Of a stretch of DNA of 64,000 nt, positions 34,332 through 43,543 are shown one piece after another (within the stretch, counting starts at the first letter, position 1; the number at the start of each line of letters is the position of its first letter). Source of the stretch: Minisyncoccota bacterium (GTDB lineage: Bacteria > Patescibacteriota > Minisyncoccia > Phycocordibacterales > UBA2100); the NCBI GenBank assembly GCA_043780835.1, contig JAYWCB010000005.1, positions 22,280 through 86,279 of the forward strand, given 5' to 3'. The translations under genes were made by a program, and so were the position numbers. The notes beneath the pieces were generated by a model that was given only the letters and a program-made list of their open reading frames with translations, was not told the DNA's origin and searched no databases.

Positions 34332-36539
34332 GTGTATTTGAAATCGATCGAGCTGGCAGGGTTTAAATCGTTCGGAAAAAAGTCCGAACTGGTTTTTACA
34401 TCGACTATTGCCTCGATTGTTGGTCCGAACGGCTCAGGCAAATCCAATGTGGCAGAAGCGTTTCGCTTTGTCCTCGGCGAGCAGTCAATGAAAAGCATGC
34501 GCTCGAAAAAGGGTGAGGATCTCATTTGGGGCGGCTCACCAACATTGGGTCGCGCAAACCGCGCCGGAGTAAAAGTTATTTTTGATAATTCCACGCGATT
34601 GCTCGATATCGATTTCAACGAGGTCGTGCTCGAGCGAATCGTGTATCGAGACGGCCAGAACGAGTACCTGATGAACGGTACTGCGGTGCGCTTGAAAGAC
34701 GTTATTCGCCTGCTCGCGGGTGCGAACATTGGCGGATCGGGATACCAGATTATTTCGCAGGGCGAAGCGGATCGAATTTTAAATGCGTCGCCCAAAGAAC
34801 GTCGCGAAATGGTGGAAGATGCGCTCGGCCTGAAACTGTACCAACACAAGAAAGCCGAGTCCGAACGCAAGCTCGATGAAACCGGTATAAATATTGATAA
34901 GACCAAATCGCTACGTCGCGAAATTGCACCGCATTTGAATTTCTTACGTTTGCAGGTGGAAAAGATCGAAAAGGCACGGGAAATGAAGGAAGATTTAGCC
35001 GCAAAGTTGGCCGATTATCTCTCACGGGAGTACGCGTATCTTACTCAAGAAGATGCACGGCTTCTGGATGACGCACGAGCGCACGAGCATGAATTAAAAA
35101 CGCTTACCGAGCGTCTACGTGAAGCGGGGACTAAATCGGGGCGCGGCGGGGATGTAGCTTCGCAGGAATTACAGGCTCGTGTGAGCGAGTTACAGTCGCG
35201 ACTTTCTGAGACACGCCGTCGAAGAGAAGAGATTGCGCGCGAACTTGGTCGTGCCGAGGGCACACTTGAAGCGACAAATGTAACGGTAGAAGCAATTGTG
35301 CCGGTTCCGCATGTGCGGCAATTTGTGCATGAGGTCGATGATACGCTCTCCAATGCAGAACGAGCGGGTGATGTATCGGCTATGCGCGAGCTTGTATCAA
35401 ATGTGCGCGGACGAATTCGGGCGTTTGTTGACGGGCTCGCGGGAACTGCTCCGGAAACAAACAAAGAAGTGCAGCAACAGGTGGAGCGCCTCACCGTACA
35501 ATTGAAAGACATTGAAGCCGAAGAGGCGCGTCTTGCGACAGACATTGAAATGGCGCGCGCCGGCATTGCACAAAGCCGCGAAGCATCATTTGCCGCAGAG
35601 CGGGAATCGGTTGAATTGCAGTCGCAAGTGCGTGAGGTACGCACGATGCTCGATTCCGCCAACGCCGCACGCTCACAGCTCGCACACGTGCGGCAGCGGT
35701 TCGAAGAAGAGGTGCGTGAAGGCATTGCACTCATTGGTGCGGCGGTCCACGCGTGGGACAAAAATGAAATTCCTGAAGGCGCGCTTTCCGAAGACCGATC
35801 CATACAGGAAAAGCGCCGTCGCGATGTGGAGCGACTCAAGATAAAAATCGAAGAGAGCGGTATCGGCAACGGCGACGCCATCGTCAAAGAATTTACACAT
35901 ACAAAGGAGCGAGATGAATTTTTGACTCGCGAACTCATTGATTTGGAAAAGTCTGAGCACTCGTTGCGCGACATCATCGCCGATCTGGAGAAAACCATCG
36001 ACCTACGCTTCAACGAAGGCCTGAAAGACATCAACGTGGCTCTGAACTCCTTCTTCGCAAAGCTCTTCAACGGCGGGGAAGCGAAGTTTATGGTCGAGCA
36101 GTCCCGCCGCGCATCAAGGCGACGCCTTGATGCAGAGGATGACGACGGGTTGGAGGAAAGCCTCCTGGAAGACGAGGAGTTATATGCGGGACTCACTGTA
36201 GCGGTGCATTTGCCGCGCAAAAAAGTGCATGGCCTCGAAGTCCTTTCCGGGGGCGAGCGGGCACTGACTTCGATTGCAATGATTTTTGCGATGTCACAGG
36301 TGAATCCCCCGCCTTTTTTGATTTTAGACGAAACCGACGCCGCACTCGACGAGGCAAATTCCAAGCGCTACGCCGATATGATCCGCGAGCTCGGCGCAAA
36401 GTCACAGCTTATTGTGATCACCCACAATCGCGCCACGATGGCAGCAGCAGGGGAATTGTATGGCGTGACTATGGGAAGTGACGGTGTGTCCAAACTTTTG
36501 TCTGTGAAATTCGAAGAGGCTACCAAGGTAGCAAAGTAG
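34332..36539 (+). CDS. smc: SMC-family chromosome segregation ATPase, short form (735 aa, no obvious hinge)
   Basis: Walker A GPNGSGKSN, coiled coil, signature LSGGERALTSIA, and Walker B ILDETDAALD. Confidence 0.75.
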   Translation: MYLKSIELAGFKSFGKKSELVFTSTIASIVGPNGSGKSNVAEAFRFVLGEQSMKSMRSKKGEDLIWGGSPTLGRANRAGVKVIFDNSTRLLDIDFNEVVLERIVYRDGQNEYLMNGTAVRLKDVIRLLAGANIGGSGYQIISQGEADRILNASPKERREMVEDALGLKLYQHKKAESERKLDETGINIDKTKSLRREIAPHLNFLRLQVEKIEKAREMKEDLAAKLADYLSREYAYLTQEDARLLDDARAHEHELKTLTERLREAGTKSGRGGDVASQELQARVSELQSRLSETRRRREEIARELGRAEGTLEATNVTVEAIVPVPHVRQFVHEVDDTLSNAERAGDVSAMRELVSNVRGRIRAFVDGLAGTAPETNKEVQQQVERLTVQLKDIEAEEARLATDIEMARAGIAQSREASFAAERESVELQSQVREVRTMLDSANAARSQLAHVRQRFEEEVREGIALIGAAVHAWDKNEIPEGALSEDRSIQEKRRRDVERLKIKIEESGIGNGDAIVKEFTHTKERDEFLTRELIDLEKSEHSLRDIIADLEKTIDLRFNEGLKDINVALNSFFAKLFNGGEAKFMVEQSRRASRRRLDAEDDDGLEESLLEDEELYAGLTVAVHLPRKKVHGLEVLSGGERALTSIAMIFAMSQVNPPPFLILDETDAALDEANSKRYADMIRELGAKSQLIVITHNRATMAAAGELYGVTMGSDGVSKLLSVKFEEATKVAK

Positions 36540-36815
36540 CCTCAAGTTCGCTGTGGCGCATTTCTTCACGAGGCGCATTTTGTCGGGATGATGCTCCTAA
36601 AGAGAGGAGTGAAACAAGGAGTGGAATCGTTTCTATTCGTTGAAGACGTTTTTCTTTCATAATATGATCGAAGAAAACTATGCGTAATCATAATAGAAGA
36701 CAGATGAATACATCATGAATCGGTCATACAGTCGGGCTTGAATACCTGCAGCTTTCAAAAAGAGACATGTCGAGTATCGTGCGAAAATATTAACTGGTTG
36801 TTGCAGGAGTGGAAA

Positions 36816-36854
36816 CAATAAAAAAGGACCGGTCGAATGTTTTCGTACCGGTCC
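36816..36854 (-). terminator. Intrinsic terminator for the minus-strand gene 36876-37151 (hairpin ggaccggtcgaa / ttcgtaccggtcc, T-run on the minus strand)
   Basis: Read directly. Confidence 0.5.
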
Positions 36855-36875
36855 CGTTGGTAGTAGTGCCAAGGA

Positions 36876-37151
36876 TCAATTGCACTTTTCTGCATGTGCT
36901 TCCTCCGTCCCTACGTCGAGTTCCACTATATCTTTCTCGTCGATAACGCGTCGAACGACAGCTTTCAGCTCCTCCTTACTGCAGCATGTATGCAGAGATA
37001 CGAGCACCACAGTGAGTACGCTCTCCTCTGTGCACATGGAGTTGTAGACATCGCCCACACTATCGAGCGCATCACAGATACGTCGATATTGTTCGTGCGG
37101 GAAGGTACCACGCAATGTTACGCTTGCCTTAAGCTTGTTCACGAAGACCAC
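36876..37151 (-). CDS. Hypothetical small protein (91 aa)
   Basis: ORF with a downstream terminator. Confidence 0.4.
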   Translation of the reverse strand: MVFVNKLKASVTLRGTFPHEQYRRICDALDSVGDVYNSMCTEESVLTVVLVSLHTCCSKEELKAVVRRVIDEKDIVELDVGTEEAHAEKCN

Positions 37152-37231
37152 CTCCTTTCACAACTTTCACTTAATCATGAATACATTGTGATGTATATGA
37201 AGACGGTACGAGCGGCAGATTTGACCACAAT

Positions 37232-37260
37232 TTGACGGTCGGTGACAACTTTGTTAGAGT
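37232..37260 (+). promoter_or_regulatory. Promoter TTGACG-17-TAGAGT, 6 nt before the rpsP ATG (leaderless)
   Basis: Read directly. Confidence 0.5.
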
Positions 37261-37266
37261 CTCGCC

Positions 37267-37653
37267 ATGTTGAAAATTCGAATGCAGCGAGTAGGCCGCA
37301 TAAATATGCCGTCGTACCGTATTATTGTGGTGGAACACACCGAAGGACCAAAGACGGGTAATATCGTTGAAAAAGTCGGTACCTATAATCCTCGCTCCAA
37401 AGAGCGCGTAATCGACGCGGATCGCGTGAAGTACTGGATGTCAGTCGGCGCACAGCCATCGGACACCGTACACAATATGCTCATAAGCTTGGGCATCATG
37501 ACCGGCAAGAAGATTAATGTGCTCCCAAAGTTCGTAGCGCCTGAGAAGCCCGTTGAAGAAACTCCCGTAGCTTCGGCTCCAGCCGCAAAAGTAGCTGCAC
37601 CGGAAGAGGTTGCAGCAGAGACTCCTGCAACGGAAGAAACTCCTGCCGCGTAA
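37267..37653 (+). CDS. rpsP: Ribosomal protein S16 with an Ala/Pro/Glu-rich C-terminal extension
   Basis: MLKIRMQRVGRINMPSYRIIV. Confidence 0.9.
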   Translation: MLKIRMQRVGRINMPSYRIIVVEHTEGPKTGNIVEKVGTYNPRSKERVIDADRVKYWMSVGAQPSDTVHNMLISLGIMTGKKINVLPKFVAPEKPVEETPVASAPAAKVAAPEEVAAETPATEETPAA

Positions 37654-37744
37654 GCACAGTAACCCACAGATGGGTTTTGACCCGATGCCGTGAGAGCGGT
37701 ATTCTTCTAGGACTATTAGGAATTATTGAGTTGCTAACGACTGA

Positions 37745-38137
37745 ATGACTGTTATGGAACGCGATCAGCAATTTTTGGAATATGTTATCAAGTCTCTCGT
37801 CGAACATGCAGACGATGTAAAGATCACGCGTGTCGTTGATGAGATGGGTGTGCTCTTAACTCTCTGCGTCCATAAAGACGACATGGGTAAGGTCATCGGG
37901 CGTTCGGGCGCAACCGCTAAAGCAATCCGTACGATTTTGCGCGTGGTGGGTATGAAGTACGACGCGCGTGTCAATCTCAAGATCGAGGAACCGGAGGGTA
38001 GCGATCGCACAGGGCTCGGTTTGGGTGAAGACCGCGGACCGAAACCCGTTACGGCAGAGCCGGATCCGGCGAAGCCCTACGAGCGCGACACAACGGTAGA
38101 CGACGTGATCAACGACCTCAAAGAAGGAAAGATGTAA
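37745..38137 (+). CDS. KH-domain RNA-binding protein (YlqC/UPF0109-like)
   Basis: VGRSGATAKAIRTIL is a GXXG-type KH motif. Located downstream of rpsP. Confidence 0.7.
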   Translation: MTVMERDQQFLEYVIKSLVEHADDVKITRVVDEMGVLLTLCVHKDDMGKVIGRSGATAKAIRTILRVVGMKYDARVNLKIEEPEGSDRTGLGLGEDRGPKPVTAEPDPAKPYERDTTVDDVINDLKEGKM

Positions 38138-38151
38138 TCAAAAAACAGCAC

Positions 38152-38400
38152 ATGCCGTCGTTCCGCAGACTCGGATTCATATCTGTCGCGTGCATTGCGA
38201 TGCTTATGATGTACGACATTTTTGTTGCCTCATCATGGGGAACTGCGATTCCGATCTTTGATGCACTCCTGGTATTTGCTGCTCTGGTGAGTTTTGCTTG
38301 GGTAGATAAAGCGATAGATATACCGAACCGTCACGCGCGATGGTTACGGGTGATCGGCATAGTCATGATTGTTTGGTACCTCGCTCGCGTCACTAGTTGA
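38152..38400 (+). CDS. Small membrane protein (82 aa), sitting where rimM is normally found
   Basis: Two to three TM helices. Confidence 0.35.
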   Translation: MPSFRRLGFISVACIAMLMMYDIFVASSWGTAIPIFDALLVFAALVSFAWVDKAIDIPNRHARWLRVIGIVMIVWYLARVTS

Positions 38401-38581
38401 GTCGCTGGTTCTTCGTCTTTCGCATTCATAGGTGCGAAATGCTCTTGCATGCATGTGACTCACTTCTACGTTTTCGTCGAGTGGTAATACGTGGAGAGTT
38501 CTTTTTGGTTCCATGAAGCCATTACCACACGATGCTCTTAAGTTCATTGACATGTTCGAAAACTATGATGATATAACCACG

Positions 38582-39274
38582 ATGATGCATTTTCATGTTG
38601 TCAGTTTGTTTCCCGAAGCTATCGAGCCGTATCTGAAGAGATCGATTTTGGGACGCGCTATCGAAGAAAAGAAAATAAAGGTCTCGTACTATGATCCCAA
38701 GGATTTTAGTCTTCCGGCCCGTGGTAAAAAAGCACGTGCGCAGGATATGCGGGTTGATCGTCGGCCATACGGCGGTGGTCCCGGTATGGTCTTACGACCT
38801 GATCCGATTTTAAAAGCGGTAGAAAAGGCACGCGGCAAAAAGAAGAAGGTGATGATAATCTTCTTCGCTACGGATGGAGAACAATTTACAGAAGAAATGG
38901 CAAAACGGATGGCGAATCCTAAAGGCGACGCCTTTAGGAATATTATATTCATCTGCGGAAGATACGAAGGCATTGATGCGCGCGTGCAGAAGATTTTGAA
39001 AGCAAAAAAAGTCACGGTCGGTCCGTATGTAGTCACGGGAGGGGAATTGCCGGCGGCAATAATGATCGATGTGATCGCGCGATTTATTCCGGGGGTGTTG
39101 GGTAAAGCCGAATCGTTGGAGGCGTCTCGCGTCTCAAGTCCTGAAGTGTATACGCGTCCCGAAGTGTTGGAGTGGAAGAAAAAGAAATACCGTGTGCCGA
39201 AAGTGCTTTTGGGCGGCAACCACGCAGAAATGGACGCGTGGAAGGCCTCTATTCGTTCAAAAAAGTCAAAGTGA
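38582..39274 (+). CDS. trmD: tRNA (guanine37-N1)-methyltransferase
   Basis: SPOUT motifs DRRPYGGGPGMVL and ICGRYEGIDARV. Confidence 0.88.
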   Translation: MMHFHVVSLFPEAIEPYLKRSILGRAIEEKKIKVSYYDPKDFSLPARGKKARAQDMRVDRRPYGGGPGMVLRPDPILKAVEKARGKKKKVMIIFFATDGEQFTEEMAKRMANPKGDAFRNIIFICGRYEGIDARVQKILKAKKVTVGPYVVTGGELPAAIMIDVIARFIPGVLGKAESLEASRVSSPEVYTRPEVLEWKKKKYRVPKVLLGGNHAEMDAWKASIRSKKSK

Positions 39275-39382
39275 CCACTTTTTATTTTTCGCGGGGGGAC
39301 TTGAAATATAAATAAATCCTGTTACTGTGCGAATTGGAGCGCACGCATATCATGCGTCTGCGTATCAAACAGGAGGTGATCT

Positions 39383-39610
39383 ATGGCTGATTTGAGGAGT
39401 GCAGGGCCGTCCGGTCCGGTCCGAATGATCGATACGGTCCGAAAAGCGTCGGATGTGCCGTTCGATTACGGCAATTCAATCTCGATCCCCGCTGTGGTCC
39501 ATATGATCGACGGCAAGGCTACAGTAGTCCGACTCGATCCTCGTGACCCGAATTTCCACCTGTTTTACGGCCTGATACCGATCGCACCAACCATGCGTAA
39601 AACCGGTTGA
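39383..39610 (+). CDS. Hypothetical small protein (75 aa)
   Basis: Strong SD caggaggtg lies 6 nt upstream. Confidence 0.45.
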   Translation: MADLRSAGPSGPVRMIDTVRKASDVPFDYGNSISIPAVVHMIDGKATVVRLDPRDPNFHLFYGLIPIAPTMRKTG

Positions 39611-39636
39611 GGTGATGGCATGATTCCGCCCAGAAA

Positions 39637-39671
39637 GACGAGCAATCTTAGCGATTGCTCGTCACTTTTTA
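39637..39671 (+). terminator. Intrinsic terminator gacgagcaatc-tta-gcgattgctcgtc plus T5
   Basis: Read directly. Confidence 0.6.
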
Positions 39672-39759
39672 TATGAACTTGCCCTTTGCAATATCCGTGG
39701 GCTAGTATAAACTCTCGATCAGGACATACGCGTCGTATGCCTTATAGGAGACTCTCACC

Positions 39760-39996
39760 ATGACTCCAGACAAGTTATTCGCTCAATTCCTGGCACTTCG
39801 GGCCGAAACAAAACATGGACAGAAATCCGAGAAATCACGATTTATCTGCACAATGCCACCGGCCGTGTTTCAGGAACCTTATGGCGGTCGATGCGGACAT
39901 GTATTTGCGGTCGGCGAAAAAAACTGTCCGGATCCACATGCTCGGCATGTCAAACCGTTCTCGCAACGCGCCGCGAGCCGTTCTCATGTTCTGTAA
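39760..39996 (+). CDS. Hypothetical small Cys/His-containing protein (78 aa)
   Basis: SD aggag lies 8 nt upstream. Confidence 0.4.
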   Translation: MTPDKLFAQFLALRAETKHGQKSEKSRFICTMPPAVFQEPYGGRCGHVFAVGEKNCPDPHARHVKPFSQRAASRSHVL

Positions 39997-40039
39997 TAGT
40001 GGTCCTGTGGCCTAAACGTCGCGGATTGCTCTAATCAAA

Positions 40040-40071
40040 GAGCTCGGGTAACCCCGGGCTCTTCGTTTTTT
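40040..40071 (+). terminator. Hairpin gagctcgggt-aa-ccccgggctc plus T6
   Basis: Read directly. Confidence 0.5.
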
Positions 40072-40102
40072 GCGCCGTAACACGGTATTGCGGAGCTTCT
40101 AT

Positions 40103-40132
40103 TTGACAGACACCTGGCTCTTCGCGTATATT
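40103..40132 (+). promoter_or_regulatory. Promoter TTGACA-18-TATATT for rpoBC, with a roughly 190-nt leader
   Basis: Read directly. Confidence 0.55.
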
Positions 40133-40213
40133 ACTCGGACATTTGCTCCTGATTGTGTTGCGGTAGAACGCGCAAATTTGCATTCTTTACAGTCGTCGAA
40201 AGGCGACACAAGG

Positions 40214-40241
40214 CGATCCCTCTTTTCGGATCGTTTTTTTT
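40214..40241 (+). promoter_or_regulatory. Terminator-like attenuator hairpin cgatcc-ctcttttc-ggatcg plus T8 inside the rpoB leader
   Basis: Read directly. Confidence 0.4.
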
Positions 40242-40327
40242 AAAAGGGTTTCTTCATCGTAATCACATGCGGTGCAGCTTGCTTCCTGTTTGTGCAGGTA
40301 TGGCAGTTGCGTCGTGTGTCCAAAAGC

Positions 40328-43300
40328 ATGGCTAAAACCAAGCAAGCGGTCCGACCGCAAAAGTTTTTTGGAAAGTTTCGCGAGCCACTCGTGAAGCTTC
40401 CGAGCCTTGTGGAATCGCAAATCGATTCCTTCCGCCAATTTGTCGACGGCGGCGCTGAGCGCGTGTTCAAGGAGTTTTCTCCGATCAGCGATCATTCAGG
40501 CAAAAAGTTTGAACTCGAACTCGTGAAATTCTCGTTCGGTGAACTGCGCTGGGACGAGCAGTACGCGAAACGTTTTATGAAAACCTACGAATCGCCGCTC
40601 TCTATGGTGGTGCGTTTGAAGAATAAAACAACCGGCGAAAAGAAAGAGCAGGAAATTTTCCTTGCTGATTTTCCATGGATGACCGCGCACGGTACCTTCG
40701 TGATCAACGGCGTAGAGCGCATCGTTGTGCCGCAGCTCGCGCGCTCATACGGTGTATTTTTCGAAGCCATCCCGTACAAGGGCAAGAACTATTTCGCGGC
40801 TAAAATCATTCCGGCACGCGGCGTATGGATCGAAATAGAATCCGACGCTGATGGCGCTATGTACGTGAAAGTGGATCGTAAGCGCCGCTTCCCGGTCACC
40901 TCACTCTTGCGCGTACTCGGTCTCACCACTGAAAAAGAAATTCTTTCAAAGTTTGAAAAGAATCAGCCCGCAAAGGACGCGGTTGCCGCAACGCTCGCAC
41001 TTGATCACGCACACACCATCGAGGAAGCGTACGTAGAAATTTACCGCCGCCTGCGCGACGGAGATATCGCAACACCGGACAACGCACGCGATCACGTGAA
41101 ATCTATTCTCTCCGCAGATCGTTACGACTTTTCTCGTGTCGGCCGCTTCCACTTCAATCGCCGATTCGGTCTCTCTACAAATGAAAAAGAGATTCAGAAT
41201 TCCACGCTCACACTCGAAGACGTGGTGCGTATCGTGACGCACATTGCAGATCTCAACCACAATCCGCATTCGGAAGCTGACGACATCGACCACTTGGGCT
41301 TCCGCCGCGTGCGATTTGCGGGCGAATTGCTCGAACAGCGCATGCGCGTGGGCCTCTCACGTATGAAGCGCAACATCCAAGACCGTATGGCGATGGTTGA
41401 TCCGGAAACATGCACACCTGTTTCGTTCGTGAATCCGCGACCGTTCCAGGCTGCGATCCGTGAATTCTTCACGACCGACCAACTCTCCCAGCTCATGCAG
41501 CAATACAATACACTCGACGAAATCGAACATCTTCGCACGCTTTCGACCCTCGGTCGCGGCGGTCTCACCTCTGAGCGCGCAGGACTCGAAGTGCGTGACG
41601 TGCACTCATCTCATTACGGACGCGTCTGCCCGATCCACACACCGGAAGGTAAGAACATCGGGCTCGTGCTCCACATGTCGCTTTACGCACGACCAAACGA
41701 ATTCGGCATCATCGAAACGCCGTACGCACGTGTGGAAAAGGGAATGATTACAAAAGACATCCAATATTTGAACGCGCTCGAAGAGGAGCAGTATGCGATC
41801 GCGCATGCCGCAACACCGCGCGATGATTCCGGACAAATCTCGGTGGAACTCGCGGAAGTGCGCCTTGGCGGCAAACCGACACTCGTGAAAGCAACCGATG
41901 TGCATTTCATGGAAGTCGCTACCAACCAACCGTTCTCTGTTGCCACGTCACTGATTCCGTTTGTTGAAAACGATGACGCGAACCGTGCGCTCATGGGTTC
42001 GAACATGCAAAAACAGGCAGTTCCACTCGTGGTGCCGGACGCGCCGTTTGTCGGAACCGGTATTGAATCCGTTGCAGCACGCGACTCAGGACGTCTCATT
42101 CTTGCGGAAGACGCGGGAGAGGTAACCTACGCAGACGCTGCAATGATCAAAGTTAAAAACGCAGAAGGTAAGACCAAGGATTATCCGTTGGTCAACTTTA
42201 TGCGAACGAACGGCTTCACCACGTTCCACCAACGCCCTGCGGTAACCGTAGGCGACGCGGTAAAGAAAGGCGGACTTCTCGCAGACACTTCAACATCGGT
42301 CAATGGTCAGATGGCGATCGGACAAAATGTTCGCGTCGCGTTCTTGCCATGGTTCGGTGCCAACTTCGAAGACGCAATTGTTATTTCCGAAAAGCTCGCC
42401 AAAGAGGCACGCTTCACATCCATTCACATGGAAGAGTTTGTCTGTGTCGTGCGCGACACTAAGCTTGGGCCGGAGGTAACGACACACGACATTCCAAACG
42501 TTTCCGAATTTAAACTCCGTAATCTCGACGAAGACGGCGTAGTGCGCATCGGTGCAGAAGTGCGCCCGGGCGACATCCTCGTCGGTAAAGTAACTCCAAA
42601 GGGCGAAACGCAGCTCACTCCGGAAGAGCGATTGCTCCACGCGATCTTCGGCGAAAAGGCCAAGGACGTAAAAGACACATCGCTGCGCATGGAAGGAGGC
42701 AAGCGCGGACGCGTTATCGGCGTGAAGATCTTTTCGCGCGAAACAGGTGATCAGCTTGAATCCGGTGTGATCAAGCGCGTGCACATCGAAGTTGCGCAAT
42801 TGCGTACGATTTCAGTCGGCGACAAGCTCGCAGGACGTCACGGCAACAAAGGTGTTATTTCGCGCATTTTGCCGGAAGAAGACATGCCGTTCGATAAGGA
42901 TGGAAATCCTGTCGACATCATCCTCACTCCGCTCGGCGTGCCATCACGTATGAACCTCGGACAAATTCTTGAATTGCACCTTGGGCTCGCGGCTGAAATG
43001 CTCGGCTACCAGGCAATCGTCCCATCATTCGCCGGAGCAACCGAAGTCGAAATTCGCGAAGAATTAGAAAAGGCAGGCGTTGATCCGTCGGGCAAGCGTC
43101 AACTATTCGACGGCCGCACCGGTGAAGCATTCGCACAGCCGGTATCCGTGGGCGTTATGTACATGTTGAAGCTACACCACATGGTGGAAGACAAAATCCA
43201 CATGCGCTCCATCGGGCCATACTCGCTCACTACGCAGCAGCCACTCGGCGGAAAAGCCCAGAACGGCGGTCAGCGCGTGGGAGAAATGGAAGTGTGGGCA

Positions 43301-43510
43301 TTCCTCGGATACGGGGCAGCATATTCGCTCCGGGAAATTCTCACCATCAAATCAGACGACATCTTGGGACGCTCAGCGGCATTCGATGCCATCGTCTCCG
43401 GAAAGCGTATCGAAGAAACAAATACTCCGGCTACATTCAATGTCTTGGTCAGACACTTGCGAGGCCTCGGAATCGACATCGACTTCCTCGAGTCGAAACC
43501 GGAACTTTAA
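40328..43510 (+). CDS. rpoB: DNA-directed RNA polymerase beta subunit (about 1060 aa)
   Basis: Conserved RpoB blocks throughout, ending ...RGLGIDIDFLE. Confidence 0.95.
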   Translation: MAKTKQAVRPQKFFGKFREPLVKLPSLVESQIDSFRQFVDGGAERVFKEFSPISDHSGKKFELELVKFSFGELRWDEQYAKRFMKTYESPLSMVVRLKNKTTGEKKEQEIFLADFPWMTAHGTFVINGVERIVVPQLARSYGVFFEAIPYKGKNYFAAKIIPARGVWIEIESDADGAMYVKVDRKRRFPVTSLLRVLGLTTEKEILSKFEKNQPAKDAVAATLALDHAHTIEEAYVEIYRRLRDGDIATPDNARDHVKSILSADRYDFSRVGRFHFNRRFGLSTNEKEIQNSTLTLEDVVRIVTHIADLNHNPHSEADDIDHLGFRRVRFAGELLEQRMRVGLSRMKRNIQDRMAMVDPETCTPVSFVNPRPFQAAIREFFTTDQLSQLMQQYNTLDEIEHLRTLSTLGRGGLTSERAGLEVRDVHSSHYGRVCPIHTPEGKNIGLVLHMSLYARPNEFGIIETPYARVEKGMITKDIQYLNALEEEQYAIAHAATPRDDSGQISVELAEVRLGGKPTLVKATDVHFMEVATNQPFSVATSLIPFVENDDANRALMGSNMQKQAVPLVVPDAPFVGTGIESVAARDSGRLILAEDAGEVTYADAAMIKVKNAEGKTKDYPLVNFMRTNGFTTFHQRPAVTVGDAVKKGGLLADTSTSVNGQMAIGQNVRVAFLPWFGANFEDAIVISEKLAKEARFTSIHMEEFVCVVRDTKLGPEVTTHDIPNVSEFKLRNLDEDGVVRIGAEVRPGDILVGKVTPKGETQLTPEERLLHAIFGEKAKDVKDTSLRMEGGKRGRVIGVKIFSRETGDQLESGVIKRVHIEVAQLRTISVGDKLAGRHGNKGVISRILPEEDMPFDKDGNPVDIILTPLGVPSRMNLGQILELHLGLAAEMLGYQAIVPSFAGATEVEIREELEKAGVDPSGKRQLFDGRTGEAFAQPVSVGVMYMLKLHHMVEDKIHMRSIGPYSLTTQQPLGGKAQNGGQRVGEMEVWAFLGYGAAYSLREILTIKSDDILGRSAAFDAIVSGKRIEETNTPATFNVLVRHLRGLGIDIDFLESKPEL

Positions 43511-43543
43511 TCGCTCGCGATTTTAACTTTCTGAATCATCTCT

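Noticed and set aside
35045-36364. 439-aa minus-strand Ser/Arg-rich ORF
   Set aside because: It lies entirely inside the well-supported SMC-like gene and is a low-complexity antisense artifact.
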